64,000 nt of DNA from assembly GCA_038245905.1 (NCBI GenBank), contig JBBRRY010000015.1:1-64000 (forward strand), given 5' to 3'. The notes under the pieces are model-generated. The model had not been told where the DNA came from. It made no database searches and saw only the letters and a list, made by a program, of their open reading frames with translations. Shown here one piece after another: positions 10,265 through 19,522 of the stretch (the stretch's first letter is position 1; every line of letters starts with the position of its first letter). The position numbers and the translations under genes are program-made. The stretch comes from Thermoanaerobaculia bacterium (GTDB lineage Bacteria > Acidobacteriota > Thermoanaerobaculia > UBA5066).

Positions 10265-10879
10265 TTGGAAAAGACGACGATCCTCCTGCGGCTCCCGCGC
10301 GGCCTGAGAAAGCCCGAAGCGATCCAGCGCTTCCTCGACGAGGAGGTCCTGTACAACAAGGAGCCGGACGGCGAGACGGCCTTCTCTCCCCGGCGGGTCC
10401 TGCGAGAACGGCGCGCGCACTGCTTCGAAGGCGCGCTCTTCGCCGCCGCGGCGCTGCGGCGTCTCGGGCACCAGCCTCTCGTCCTCCAGCTCCGCGCCGT
10501 GCGCGATGACGACCACGTACTTGCGCTCTATCGCGAGCGCCCGGGCGCGGGCTGCTGGGGCGCCGTCGCGAAGTCGAACTACTCGGGGCTGCGCTTTCGC
10601 TCGGCGGTCTACCGTTCGCTCCGCGAGCTCGTGATGAGCTACTTCGACGTCTACTACAACCTCGAGGGCGAGAGGAGCCTGCGGGCATTCGGGCGCCCCG
10701 TGAACCTGGCACGCTTCGACGCCTCCCGCTGGGAGACAGCCGGCGAGAGCCTTTGGGACGTGAGTCTTTACCTCGCGACACGGCGCTTCACGCCGCTCCT
10801 CCTGCGGGGGCAGGCGCGCGCGCTCGCCCCGATGGACCGGCGTCTTTTCGACGCCGGCCTTGTCGGAACGGTGGCTTGA
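10265..10879 (+). CDS. Conserved hypothetical protein, transglutaminase/papain-like Cys-His candidate
   Basis: AHCFEGALFAAAAL...DDDHVLALY...WGAVAKSN. TTG at 10265 preferred because TAGAAT lies at 10251-10256; the ORF is open from 10190. Confidence 0.7.
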   Translation: MEKTTILLRLPRGLRKPEAIQRFLDEEVLYNKEPDGETAFSPRRVLRERRAHCFEGALFAAAALRRLGHQPLVLQLRAVRDDDHVLALYRERPGAGCWGAVAKSNYSGLRFRSAVYRSLRELVMSYFDVYYNLEGERSLRAFGRPVNLARFDASRWETAGESLWDVSLYLATRRFTPLLLRGQARALAPMDRRLFDAGLVGTVA

Positions 10880-10899
10880 GGAAGGGGCCTCCGCCCCGG

Positions 10900-13551
10900 T
10901 TAGAAGCGGTAGGACACCCGTGAGTAGATGAAGCGCCCGTTGTAGCCGTAGGGCGAGTTGTTCGGAAAGCGGTTGATGCCGCTGTTGCTGTTCGCGAAGA
11001 TGACCTGATCCGGCGTCACGTCGCCGAGGTTCTGCGCTCCGAATGCGATCCGGAGATGGGAAAACGTCCAGCCGAGCTCGACATCGACGAGCCAGTTCGA
11101 GGGAAACGTCTGGTCCACGGCCGTTCCCGGGCCGAACGGCGCCTCGCCGGAGCCGTTCGCGATCCCGCAGAACGAGCCGTAGCGCGTCGCCGTCACGTTC
11201 ACGCCGACCGGGCCGCTGGACCAGTCGGCCGTCGCGCGGACGGTGTCCTTCGGCTGGGCGCACTCGAAGCGCTTGACCTCGAGCCGATCGAAGAGAGTCG
11301 TCTGGAACGCGGCGAGCTGGGGCGGCGTGGCCGCGATGTTCGTGACGCTCGTCTCGGCGTGCGCCCAGGACATCTGGAACCTGATGATGCCGTTCGGCCC
11401 GAGGTCCTCGTGGTAGTTGCCAATGACCTCGACCCCATCTGTGCGCGTGTCGATGGCGTTCGTGAAGAAACGCACGCCCGTCGCGCCGAAGGGCTGCAGG
11501 ATGGGGTTGAGTGCCGCGCCCGTGAAATTTCCCGAGAAGACGATGCGGTTCTTGATCGCGATGTTGAAATAGTCGGCTGTCAGGTCGAAGCGGCGGTCCG
11601 GGGAGAGGACGAGCCCGCCCCCGAAATTGACGGAATCCTCGGGCCTGAGCGACGTGGCGCCGAGCGCCTGCGCGACGGGGCTGTCGACGCGCGCCGTCAG
11701 GATGTCGAACGGCTGGTTCACGCCGTTGATGTTCAGGAAGTTCGTCGAGACGGTCGAGAAGTAGGATTGCCCGAGCGAGGGCGCGCGGAAGCCGGTGGAG
11801 GCGGACCCACGGGCGACGAGCCAGGGCAGGACCTCGTACCTGAGGGTGCCCTTGAAATTCGTGGAGTTGCCGAAATCGGTGAAGTGCTCGAAGCGAACGG
11901 CCGCTCCCGCACGCAGCTTCTTCATGACGTTAGCCTCGAAGTCGGCATAGGCCGCGACGTCGCTGCGGTTCGTGTCGATTTCGTTGGCGGGCCGGAAGCC
12001 CGGGAAGACCTGTGAGCCCGGGGCCCCGGGACCGCCGTCCTGCGCCTTGAAGCCGCCGTCGATGTAAGAGTTCTTTTCTCCGGCGATCTGGCGGTAGCGG
12101 TCGTTGCGGAACTCCGCCCCGAACGCGACGTTGAGCGGACCCGCGAGACCGATCGAGAATTCGCGCGAAATGTCGAGGTTCGAGACGAACTGTCCGAAGA
12201 CGAGCGACCCCGCGTCGAACGAGGTCTGGTTCAGAACCGGCGACGGGCCGAGGGAGACGTTCAGGCTGTCCACGACGCGGAAGTCGAACTGGTTGCGGCC
12301 GTACTGCGCCGAGAGGTCCCAGAACCACTTTCCGCCCAGAACGCCGCGCACGCCCGCGGTCGCGGAATAGTCGATCGTCGTCGGCGTGATCTTCGGAAGG
12401 AATCCGTTCGGGTAGATCGTGGGCCAGTTCGTGGCCTGGAGGGCGCGCCGGAAGTTGCCGGCCGAGTCCGCGTACCTGTAGCTCGCGCCGCCGAAAAGGT
12501 AGGCGCTCGCCGTGCCGTCGGCACTGATCGGGAACACGCCGTTCATGAAGCCGAGAACGTCGGACGTCGCGGGATCGCCGTAGCGCGTGTTGGGCTGATT
12601 GATCACGTCCCGCGATCCCTGCGCGCGTGGGTCCTCGCCCGCGCGGTTCGTCGCGTTGCGGCGCCGGAACTCGCCCGTGAAGTTGATCGAGCCGGACCCG
12701 ACGGGAATTCCGACGTTTCCGTTCAGGTCGAAGAGAGAGCCGTCCTGGTGGGTCGTCTCTCCCCCGGTGACCGTGAGGTCGAACGGCGACGGGCCCGAGC
12801 GGAGGTTGAGGTTCAGGACGCCCGCGATCGCGTCGGAGCCGTATTGTGCGGCGGCGCCGTCCCTGAGGAGCTCGATGTGGTCGAGCGCCTGCGCCGGGAT
12901 GGCGTTGAGGTCCACGCCCGCCGAGCCCCGTCCGACCGTGCCGTTCACGTTCACGAGAGAGCTGGTGTGGCGGCGCTTGCCGTTGAGGAGGACGAGGAGC
13001 TGGTCGGGTCCGAGGCTGCGGATCGTGGCGGGCCGGGTCGTATCGGTGCCATCCGAGATCGTCGTGCGCGGGAAGTTGAACGACGGCACGAGCTTCTGGA
13101 TGACCTGAGCCATCTCGCCGGAAGGGCTGGCCTGTTCGATCTGCCTTTGAGTGAGGATGTCGACCGGGACCGCCTTCTCGACGTCGGCGCCCGCCGCGCG
13201 GGAGCCGACGGTGACCTGCGCGCTCACGCCGAGGGTCATCGAGAAGTCCTGCGTGACCGCGCCGGGCGTCAGCGTGACACGGGCGGATTTCGCGGAGAGG
13301 CCCGGAGCGACGACGCGAAGCTCGACCGTGCGTCCCTTCGCGATCGCGGCTGGAATCCTGATTTCATACCTGCCGTCCCTGCCGGCCTTCGCCGAGAGCT
13401 CGAGGTCGGCGATCGCGACGGTTGCGCCCGGATAGGGGAGCCCGTCCTCTTTCGTCGTCACGGTGCCCGTGACGACCGTCGCCTCCTGTGCCAGGGCGGG
13501 GGAGGCCGCGATCAGAAAGACACCGAACAACGCCCCGAATAGCTTTCGCAT
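10900..13551 (-). CDS. TonB-dependent receptor with N-terminal carboxypeptidase-regulatory-like domain
   Basis: Signal peptide MRKLFG...ALA, plug motifs LVLLNGKRRH and IELLRDGAAAQYGSDAIAGV, C-terminal YRF. GGAGGAG RBS before ATG 13551. Confidence 0.95.
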   Translation of the reverse strand: MRKLFGALFGVFLIAASPALAQEATVVTGTVTTKEDGLPYPGATVAIADLELSAKAGRDGRYEIRIPAAIAKGRTVELRVVAPGLSAKSARVTLTPGAVTQDFSMTLGVSAQVTVGSRAAGADVEKAVPVDILTQRQIEQASPSGEMAQVIQKLVPSFNFPRTTISDGTDTTRPATIRSLGPDQLLVLLNGKRRHTSSLVNVNGTVGRGSAGVDLNAIPAQALDHIELLRDGAAAQYGSDAIAGVLNLNLRSGPSPFDLTVTGGETTHQDGSLFDLNGNVGIPVGSGSINFTGEFRRRNATNRAGEDPRAQGSRDVINQPNTRYGDPATSDVLGFMNGVFPISADGTASAYLFGGASYRYADSAGNFRRALQATNWPTIYPNGFLPKITPTTIDYSATAGVRGVLGGKWFWDLSAQYGRNQFDFRVVDSLNVSLGPSPVLNQTSFDAGSLVFGQFVSNLDISREFSIGLAGPLNVAFGAEFRNDRYRQIAGEKNSYIDGGFKAQDGGPGAPGSQVFPGFRPANEIDTNRSDVAAYADFEANVMKKLRAGAAVRFEHFTDFGNSTNFKGTLRYEVLPWLVARGSASTGFRAPSLGQSYFSTVSTNFLNINGVNQPFDILTARVDSPVAQALGATSLRPEDSVNFGGGLVLSPDRRFDLTADYFNIAIKNRIVFSGNFTGAALNPILQPFGATGVRFFTNAIDTRTDGVEVIGNYHEDLGPNGIIRFQMSWAHAETSVTNIAATPPQLAAFQTTLFDRLEVKRFECAQPKDTVRATADWSSGPVGVNVTATRYGSFCGIANGSGEAPFGPGTAVDQTFPSNWLVDVELGWTFSHLRIAFGAQNLGDVTPDQVIFANSNSGINRFPNNSPYGYNGRFIYSRVSYRF

Positions 13552-13650
13552 GGACTCTCCTCCTCGAGAGAACGCAAACATGACCTGGAGTTGGCGGTAC
13601 TTTGGGACATGTACCCGGTCGAGGTCAACGCCTTCGCAGAACTTCGACGC

Positions 13651-15087
13651 TCACGTAGGGAATTTCACGCCTCCGTCGACCCGATCGACGGCGGCGATCG
13701 CGTTCGCGTAATAACGCAGAAGGGGCAGTTCCGCGGGGACCACCTCGTAGAGCCCGTTCCGCACGGTCACGAGATGCCGCGACAGGAGCATCCGGAGGCC
13801 GAACGTGACCGCGTAGTCCTGGTCCTTGCGGGGCACGTAGATCTGCGCGCCCCCCTCCTCGAGGGTCCGCCAGCGCGCGAGCACCTCGGCCTTCAGCTCG
13901 ATCTCGCTCAGCGCCCGGCCGGGAGCCGCGACAAAGACGTGTGAGACGAGTGAAACGGGGAGCACCGGAACGATGCGCGCGATCCGCGCCATGAGCTCGC
14001 CGGCGAGAGACTCGACGGCCGCAAAGCGGTCCTCGCGGGAGACGGCTCCGAGGTCGAGCGAACGCGACGCGAGCCAGGCCTTCGTCGAAAGCGGCGAGCC
14101 GAAGCTGACGCACGCGTACCCGAAACGGTGCCAGTCGTTCGTGACGAGGAGACGCAGGTTCTGACGCACGAAACGCAGCGTTCCCCAAAGCGTGTCGCGC
14201 GAGGACGCCTTCCCCTGTGCGGGCGAGCGATCCTGGATGAGCGTGCGGTCCTCGAGCACGCGGTCGTAGTTCACGCCGACCGGCACGAACACGAGGTCGC
14301 GCGCGCCCCGCGGATCGAATCCGCGGAGCATGTAGTCGAGGAGCCCGAGCTTCGGAGGCCGGAGCGCGCCGTCCTTCGAGAGGCCTCCTTCGGGATAAAC
14401 GGCCTGTGGCACTCCGTGCGCGGTCGCCATCGCGACGTACCGCTCGAGGACGCGCCGGTAGAGCGGGTCGTTCGCGTCGCGGCGCACGAAATAGGCGCCG
14501 GTCGCGCGGACGAGGCTCTGGATGGGCCAAATCCTGGCCCACTCGCCGACGGCATAGCTCAGGGCCGTGCGCTCGGCCGCCAGGTACGACAGAAGGATGT
14601 AGTCCATGTTGCTGCGGTGGTTCATCACGAAGACCACTGCCGAGCCGTCCGGAATGGCCGCCAGCCCCGCGTCGTCCGCCGAGCCGATGCGCACCCGGTA
14701 GAGCGTCCGGGCGACGGCGCGCGCCACCGCATAGCCGGCGCGGAAGTAGATCCAGGCGTTGAACGCGGGGACGATCTCCGTCGCATAGCGACGGACGCGC
14801 TTCTGCACCTCCTCGCGCGGTGCGCCCGTTTCCCTCGCGAACGCCTCGGCGGCCTCGAGGACCTTCGGGTCGAAGCGAAGCTGTTCCACGAGGACTTCTC
14901 GCTTCGTGAGCTTGAAGGACGGGATGCGCAGGGGCAGCCGCGTGTTCAGCTCGTCGATGACGCGGTTCGCGCGGCGGCGGAGCACGGCGCGCATCGCGGG
15001 CCGGAGCAGCCGGTCGACGACCGCCCAGCCCGCGAGGAGGGCCAGGAGGGCGAACGCCCAGACGGGGAGAGAGACCGTCGCGTGCAT
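13651..15087 (-). CDS. Glycerol-3-phosphate/1-acyl-G3P acyltransferase (PlsB-like)
   Basis: NHRSNMDY (HX4D), GAYFVRR, YPEGGLSKDG, VPVGVNYDRVLED. Confidence 0.88.
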   Translation of the reverse strand: MHATVSLPVWAFALLALLAGWAVVDRLLRPAMRAVLRRRANRVIDELNTRLPLRIPSFKLTKREVLVEQLRFDPKVLEAAEAFARETGAPREEVQKRVRRYATEIVPAFNAWIYFRAGYAVARAVARTLYRVRIGSADDAGLAAIPDGSAVVFVMNHRSNMDYILLSYLAAERTALSYAVGEWARIWPIQSLVRATGAYFVRRDANDPLYRRVLERYVAMATAHGVPQAVYPEGGLSKDGALRPPKLGLLDYMLRGFDPRGARDLVFVPVGVNYDRVLEDRTLIQDRSPAQGKASSRDTLWGTLRFVRQNLRLLVTNDWHRFGYACVSFGSPLSTKAWLASRSLDLGAVSREDRFAAVESLAGELMARIARIVPVLPVSLVSHVFVAAPGRALSEIELKAEVLARWRTLEEGGAQIYVPRKDQDYAVTFGLRMLLSRHLVTVRNGLYEVVPAELPLLRYYANAIAAVDRVDGGVKFPT

Positions 15088-15143
15088 GGTTCGGGGGTCG
15101 CCCCGATTGTGTCAGAGGGCGCGAGTCGCGGTCTAATTGACGA

Positions 15144-16208
15144 ATGAAGACGCTCGCGCTCGCGGCGGCGCTCGCCGCATGTTCCGCCTCCGCCCAGATC
15201 GTGCCGCAGCCCCAGGTACCGGGCGACGCCGTTGTCCGGGACTTCCGGTTCGCGAACGGAGAGACTCTTCCCGAGCTAAAGATTCACTACGTCACGATCG
15301 GGCGGAAGCTCGACGATGGGCGAGGGCGCACGACGAACGCCGTCCTCGTCCTGCACGGGACGGGCGGCTCGTCGGCCCAGTTTCTCGGCCCGAATTTCGC
15401 GGGCGTTCTGTTCGGGCCGGGTCAGCCGCTCGACGCGTCGCGCTACTTCATCGTGATCCCGGACGGTGTCGGCCACGGCGCCTCGTCGAAGCCGAGCAAC
15501 GGCCTGAAGGCGAAGTTCCCCCGCTATACATACGACGACATGGTCAAGGCGCAATACCGGCTCCTGACCGAGTCCCTCTCGGTGGACCACCTCAGGCTCG
15601 TGATCGGGACCTCGATGGGCGGCATGCAGACGTGGATGTGGGGCGAGACGTACCCCGCCTTCATGGACGCCCTTCTGCCTCTCGCGAGCCTACCGAACGC
15701 GATCGCGGGCCGGAACCACATGTGGCGAAAGATGGCGATGGACCTCATTCGCGAGGACCCCGAGTGGAAGGGCGGCAACTACGACGCACAGCCGCGTGGG
15801 CTCAAGGGGGCGCTTGCGCTCCTACTCGTTCTGTCGGGCAGCCCGCACCAGTGGATGCGGCAGGCGCCCGACCTGGCGGCCGCCGACGCTGCGGTTGAAG
15901 GCTACATGAAGGACCGATTCGCGAAGGTCGACGCGAACGACCTGCTCTTCGCGCTCGACGCATCCCGCGACTACGACCCGTCCCCGCGCCTGGAGAGGAT
16001 CCAAGCGGCGCTCCTGGCGCTCAACTTCGCGGACGACGCCATCAACCCGCCCGAGCTCGGCCTTCTCGAAAAGGGCGTGGCGCGCGTCAAGAACGGGCAG
16101 GCCGTGGTCTTCCCGCTCTCGGAAAAGACGCGCGGCCACCAGACACACACCTGGCCGGACCTTTGGAAAACTTACCTCTCCGAGCTGCTTGCTCGCTCGA
16201 AGAGGTAA
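15144..16208 (+). CDS. Alpha/beta hydrolase, homoserine O-acetyltransferase (MetX)-like, with signal peptide
   Basis: NAVLVLHG, IGTSMGG, DANDL, ADD, GH catalytic motifs; N-terminal MKTLALAAALAACSASA. Confidence 0.85.
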   Translation: MKTLALAAALAACSASAQIVPQPQVPGDAVVRDFRFANGETLPELKIHYVTIGRKLDDGRGRTTNAVLVLHGTGGSSAQFLGPNFAGVLFGPGQPLDASRYFIVIPDGVGHGASSKPSNGLKAKFPRYTYDDMVKAQYRLLTESLSVDHLRLVIGTSMGGMQTWMWGETYPAFMDALLPLASLPNAIAGRNHMWRKMAMDLIREDPEWKGGNYDAQPRGLKGALALLLVLSGSPHQWMRQAPDLAAADAAVEGYMKDRFAKVDANDLLFALDASRDYDPSPRLERIQAALLALNFADDAINPPELGLLEKGVARVKNGQAVVFPLSEKTRGHQTHTWPDLWKTYLSELLARSKR

Positions 16209-16246
16209 GTGAAGGTCTCAGTCAGGTCAGAGCCGGCCGGCGCGAA

Positions 16247-16639
16247 TCACCTGTAGATGAGGCGCTCGTGCGACCAGTGGCCAGGGTAGTAACGAGTTCC
16301 GCCGCGCACCCTCTGGTAGCGGGGAGCGATCCAGCGCGCGCGGGCGCGCGGCCGTTCGAACCAGCGGCCGTCGTTCCAGCTCCAGTCCGTACCCGTGTGG
16401 TTCCAATACCCGCCCTGCCATACGTGATTCGGGCCCGGCCGCGCGATGCGGACTTCGTGGCGGCGCTCCGGTGGAGCCTGCGGGACGATGCGGACGTGCA
16501 GATCGCCCATCATCGGGGGCGCGGGCATCCCGGGCGGCACGGGGGGGTGAGGCTGCGCGATCGCCGTCCCCGCGAAGGGCAAGGCGGCCGCCAGCACGAG
16601 GAGAGCGGCGGAGAGAGTGAGATGTTTGGTTTTTCTCAT
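16247..16639 (-). CDS. Secreted YXWGXW-repeat protein
   Basis: Signal peptide; APPERRHE, HVWQGGYW, WSWNDGRW, WIAPRY, YYPGHW repeats. Confidence 0.85.
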   Translation of the reverse strand: MRKTKHLTLSAALLVLAAALPFAGTAIAQPHPPVPPGMPAPPMMGDLHVRIVPQAPPERRHEVRIARPGPNHVWQGGYWNHTGTDWSWNDGRWFERPRARARWIAPRYQRVRGGTRYYPGHWSHERLIYR

Positions 16640-16738
16640 GACTGAGACTCTGCAAGCCTCAGGCCAGAAGGCGACGCTGTGCGGGTCAGAACGCTGGCTT
16701 TCGCACCGGCCTTCTGACATCCTCCGCCCACAAACCCG

Positions 16739-17074
16739 ATGGATCTCTCGCTCCACGAAGACGGAAGTGTCACGGTCGTCACGCTTTCTGGCGACCTCAT
16801 CATCGGCGACGCTGAGGCCGTGTTCAAGAAGACCGTGAGCCGTCTTCTCGAGGAAGGCAAAGTGCAGCTCGTCGTCGATTGCGGAGGCCTCAGATACGTC
16901 GATTCGTCCGGCCTCGGCGCTCTCGTACGCGCGCTCACGACGTCGCAGCACGAGGGCGGCGGGACGAAGCTCCTGGGGGTCCCGTCGTCGCTGCGGAAGC
17001 TTCTCGAGCTGACGAAGCTGGATTCCGTCTTCGAGATGTTCGAACAGCGCGACGAGGCCGTCTCGAGCTTCTAG
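16739..17074 (+). CDS. STAS-domain anti-sigma factor antagonist
   Basis: 111 aa; VVDCGGLRYVDSSGLGAL phosphorylation motif; LELTKLDSVF. Confidence 0.93.
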   Translation: MDLSLHEDGSVTVVTLSGDLIIGDAEAVFKKTVSRLLEEGKVQLVVDCGGLRYVDSSGLGALVRALTTSQHEGGGTKLLGVPSSLRKLLELTKLDSVFEMFEQRDEAVSSF

Positions 17075-17101
17075 ATCGCCGGCGCTCCGGCGCCGGAAAC
17101 G

Positions 17102-19522
17102 GTGCACATGGGTGACGTCCACGGAACGGGCCGGACCTCCGAAGCCGAATCCGGCGTTCTCGGAGAGCTCGCGCGCTGCGAGACCGTCGCGCAGAAGGCG
17201 GCATGGGCCGCACGCTGGTGCGCGCGACTCTCCGGAGCGGACATCGCGCTAGTCTTCTGCGTCGACGCGCCCTCCGGCGGGTGGATCGCCCTCGGCGCTT
17301 CCGGCGAAGGCGCGGCGAAGAGCCTTCGCCGCGTCATCCCACGGGATGCGGGCGTCGCGCGGGATGCCGCGCGCAGTCGCGCGCTCCGCGTGATGCGCCG
17401 CGACGATGCCGCTTTCGTTTCCGATCCGATCGTGTCCCTACTCCCGGGGGGCTCCGGATCTGTCCTCATCGCCCCGCTTCTTCTCGACAAGGGTGCGGCC
17501 GGCGTGGCGGCGCTCTCCTTCCGTCAGGAGCCGGCGGCAGAGCGGATCGGGCGGCTCGAAGCCTTCCTGCCCGACGCCGCCGCGGCACTCGATCGCGCGC
17601 AGCTCGCGGAACGCAAGACGGCCGGGCACCTTTTTGCCATCGAGCGTCTCACGAACCTGTACGACGTCGCGAAAGCGTTCGGCTCGACGATCGATCTGGA
17701 AGACCTGTCCGGACTCATCGCCCGGAAGGCCGCGGACTTCGTGGCGGCCGAGGTCGCGTCGTTCTGGCTTTTCGACTCCGAGGCGGGTGAAGTCTCTCTG
17801 GCGGCGACGGCTCTCAACGAGAACTACGAGATACCGAATCCGCCCGAGTCCATCGGCGGGTCCATCGTCGGGGCCGTCCTCGCGGACCGAACGATCCTGA
17901 GAAACAGCGCGCTCGCGGACGACGATCCCCTCCGGCACGCCGATCCGCCCTTCGAGACACGCTCTGTGCTCGCCGTGCCGCTCGTCGAGGACGACTCTCC
18001 GGTCGGCGTCCTCGTCGCCGCCAACAAGCGCGGGCGCCGCCCGGAGTTCACCGCGGCGGACGAGGAGCTACTCGTCGACGTCGCCCGGCAAGCCGTCGCC
18101 GCCTTGCGTAACGCGCGGCAGTACGAGGCCGAGAAGAAAGTCGAGGAACTGGACGCCCTCCTCGCGGTGAGCCACGAGATCACCTCGACGCTCGACCTCG
18201 ACAAGGTGATGCGGACGATCGTCAACGGAGCGTCGGCCCTGATCCGTTACGACCTTTGCGCAATCGCGATCCTTCAGCGGGGGAAGCTGCGGATTGGGGC
18301 GGTCTCAGGGGCGTTGGACGTGGACCGGAAAGAGCCGTCGGTTCGGCGGACCGAGGCGCTCCTCGAGTGGGTCTTCTTCGGCGGCTCCGACGTCGCCGTC
18401 ACGCGCCGCGAGGACGGCACCATCGCCACCGACCGCCCGGAGACAGAGGAGAAGTTCCGCGCGTTCTTCGACGAGAGCGGCCGCAACGCGTTCTACGGAG
18501 TCCTGCTCGAGGACGACGAGGGAAAACTTGGCGTTCTCGGCTTCGAGTCGACGGAGCCCCTCGAGTTCGAGGCGGAGACCCGGGATCTCCTCCGGATCCT
18601 CGTCAACCAGGCCACCGTGGCCGTCCGCAATGCCCAGCTCTACCAGCAGGTTCCCCTGCCTGGCTTCCTCCGGCCTCTCGCGGAGCGGACACGGAAGCTG
18701 CGGGAGCAGCCCGGCAACCGCGCCCGGCGATGGGTGCTCGGGAGCGCTGGTGCCATGGTCCTTTTGGCCGTCCTGCCGTGGAATGTGAGGGTGTCCGGGC
18801 CCGCGCGGGTCGTGCCGGGCCGGCGGATCCCGGTCACGGCGTCCGTGGAAGGCGTCGTCGAGAGCGTGGCGCATCGCGAGGGGGATGCCGTCGTCGCCGG
18901 GGCCGTCCTCGCGACGCTTCGCGACGACGCCTACCGCGCCGCGGCGGCAGAGGCGCGCGCGGCCGAACAGATCGCCGACTCCGAGGTCTCCCGGCACCGC
19001 GCCGAGGGAAACGCTCCCGCACTTTTCCAGTCCGCCGCCCGCCGCGACGAATTGCGGGCGCGCGCGGCTCTCGCGGAGGAGAAGCTCGAGAGGACGCGCC
19101 TCCGCGCGCCCGAGGCCGGCATCATCCTGACGCCACGGCTCGAGGAGCGCCTCGGCCAGCTCCTTCCCGCCGGCGCCGAGTTCGCGGTCCTCGCCGAGAC
19201 GTCCGCCGTCCTCGTCGAGGTGGCCGTGCCGGAACGGGATGCGTCGCTCCTCGCCGCCGGGCAGAGGGTCGACGTCAAGCTGAACTCATATCCCGCGGCG
19301 ACGTTCCACGGGACCGTCGCCCGCCTCGGCGCCGTCGTCCGCGAGGAAGGTGAGGAGCGTTTCGTCATCGCCGAGGCGCGCGTCGAGAACGCGGACGCGC
19401 TGCTCCGGCCCGGAATGCTCGGGAAAGCCAAAGTTTCGACGGGACGCCAGCGGCTTCTCCGCGCCCTCCTCCGCAAGCCGGCGCGCTGGTTCTGGGTACG
19501 GCTCTGGCCTCTCCTGCCGTGA
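17102..19522 (+). CDS. Multi-GAF domain / membrane fusion protein (HlyD/RND periplasmic adaptor) fusion
   Basis: About three GAF-like repeats (LIAPLL, LAVPLVEDDSPVGVLVAANK...FTAADEELL, NQATVAVRNAQLY), one TM helix, then lipoyl/hairpin MFP (EGVVESVAHREGDAV; LRAPEAG; LRPGM). Start is GTG 17102 or ATG 17108. Confidence 0.88.
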   Translation: MHMGDVHGTGRTSEAESGVLGELARCETVAQKAAWAARWCARLSGADIALVFCVDAPSGGWIALGASGEGAAKSLRRVIPRDAGVARDAARSRALRVMRRDDAAFVSDPIVSLLPGGSGSVLIAPLLLDKGAAGVAALSFRQEPAAERIGRLEAFLPDAAAALDRAQLAERKTAGHLFAIERLTNLYDVAKAFGSTIDLEDLSGLIARKAADFVAAEVASFWLFDSEAGEVSLAATALNENYEIPNPPESIGGSIVGAVLADRTILRNSALADDDPLRHADPPFETRSVLAVPLVEDDSPVGVLVAANKRGRRPEFTAADEELLVDVARQAVAALRNARQYEAEKKVEELDALLAVSHEITSTLDLDKVMRTIVNGASALIRYDLCAIAILQRGKLRIGAVSGALDVDRKEPSVRRTEALLEWVFFGGSDVAVTRREDGTIATDRPETEEKFRAFFDESGRNAFYGVLLEDDEGKLGVLGFESTEPLEFEAETRDLLRILVNQATVAVRNAQLYQQVPLPGFLRPLAERTRKLREQPGNRARRWVLGSAGAMVLLAVLPWNVRVSGPARVVPGRRIPVTASVEGVVESVAHREGDAVVAGAVLATLRDDAYRAAAAEARAAEQIADSEVSRHRAEGNAPALFQSAARRDELRARAALAEEKLERTRLRAPEAGIILTPRLEERLGQLLPAGAEFAVLAETSAVLVEVAVPERDASLLAAGQRVDVKLNSYPAATFHGTVARLGAVVREEGEERFVIAEARVENADALLRPGMLGKAKVSTGRQRLLRALLRKPARWFWVRLWPLLP

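Noticed and set aside
13552-13650. Riboswitch upstream of the TonB receptor
   Set aside because: Spacer is only ~100 bp and I could not see cobalamin or TPP consensus elements.
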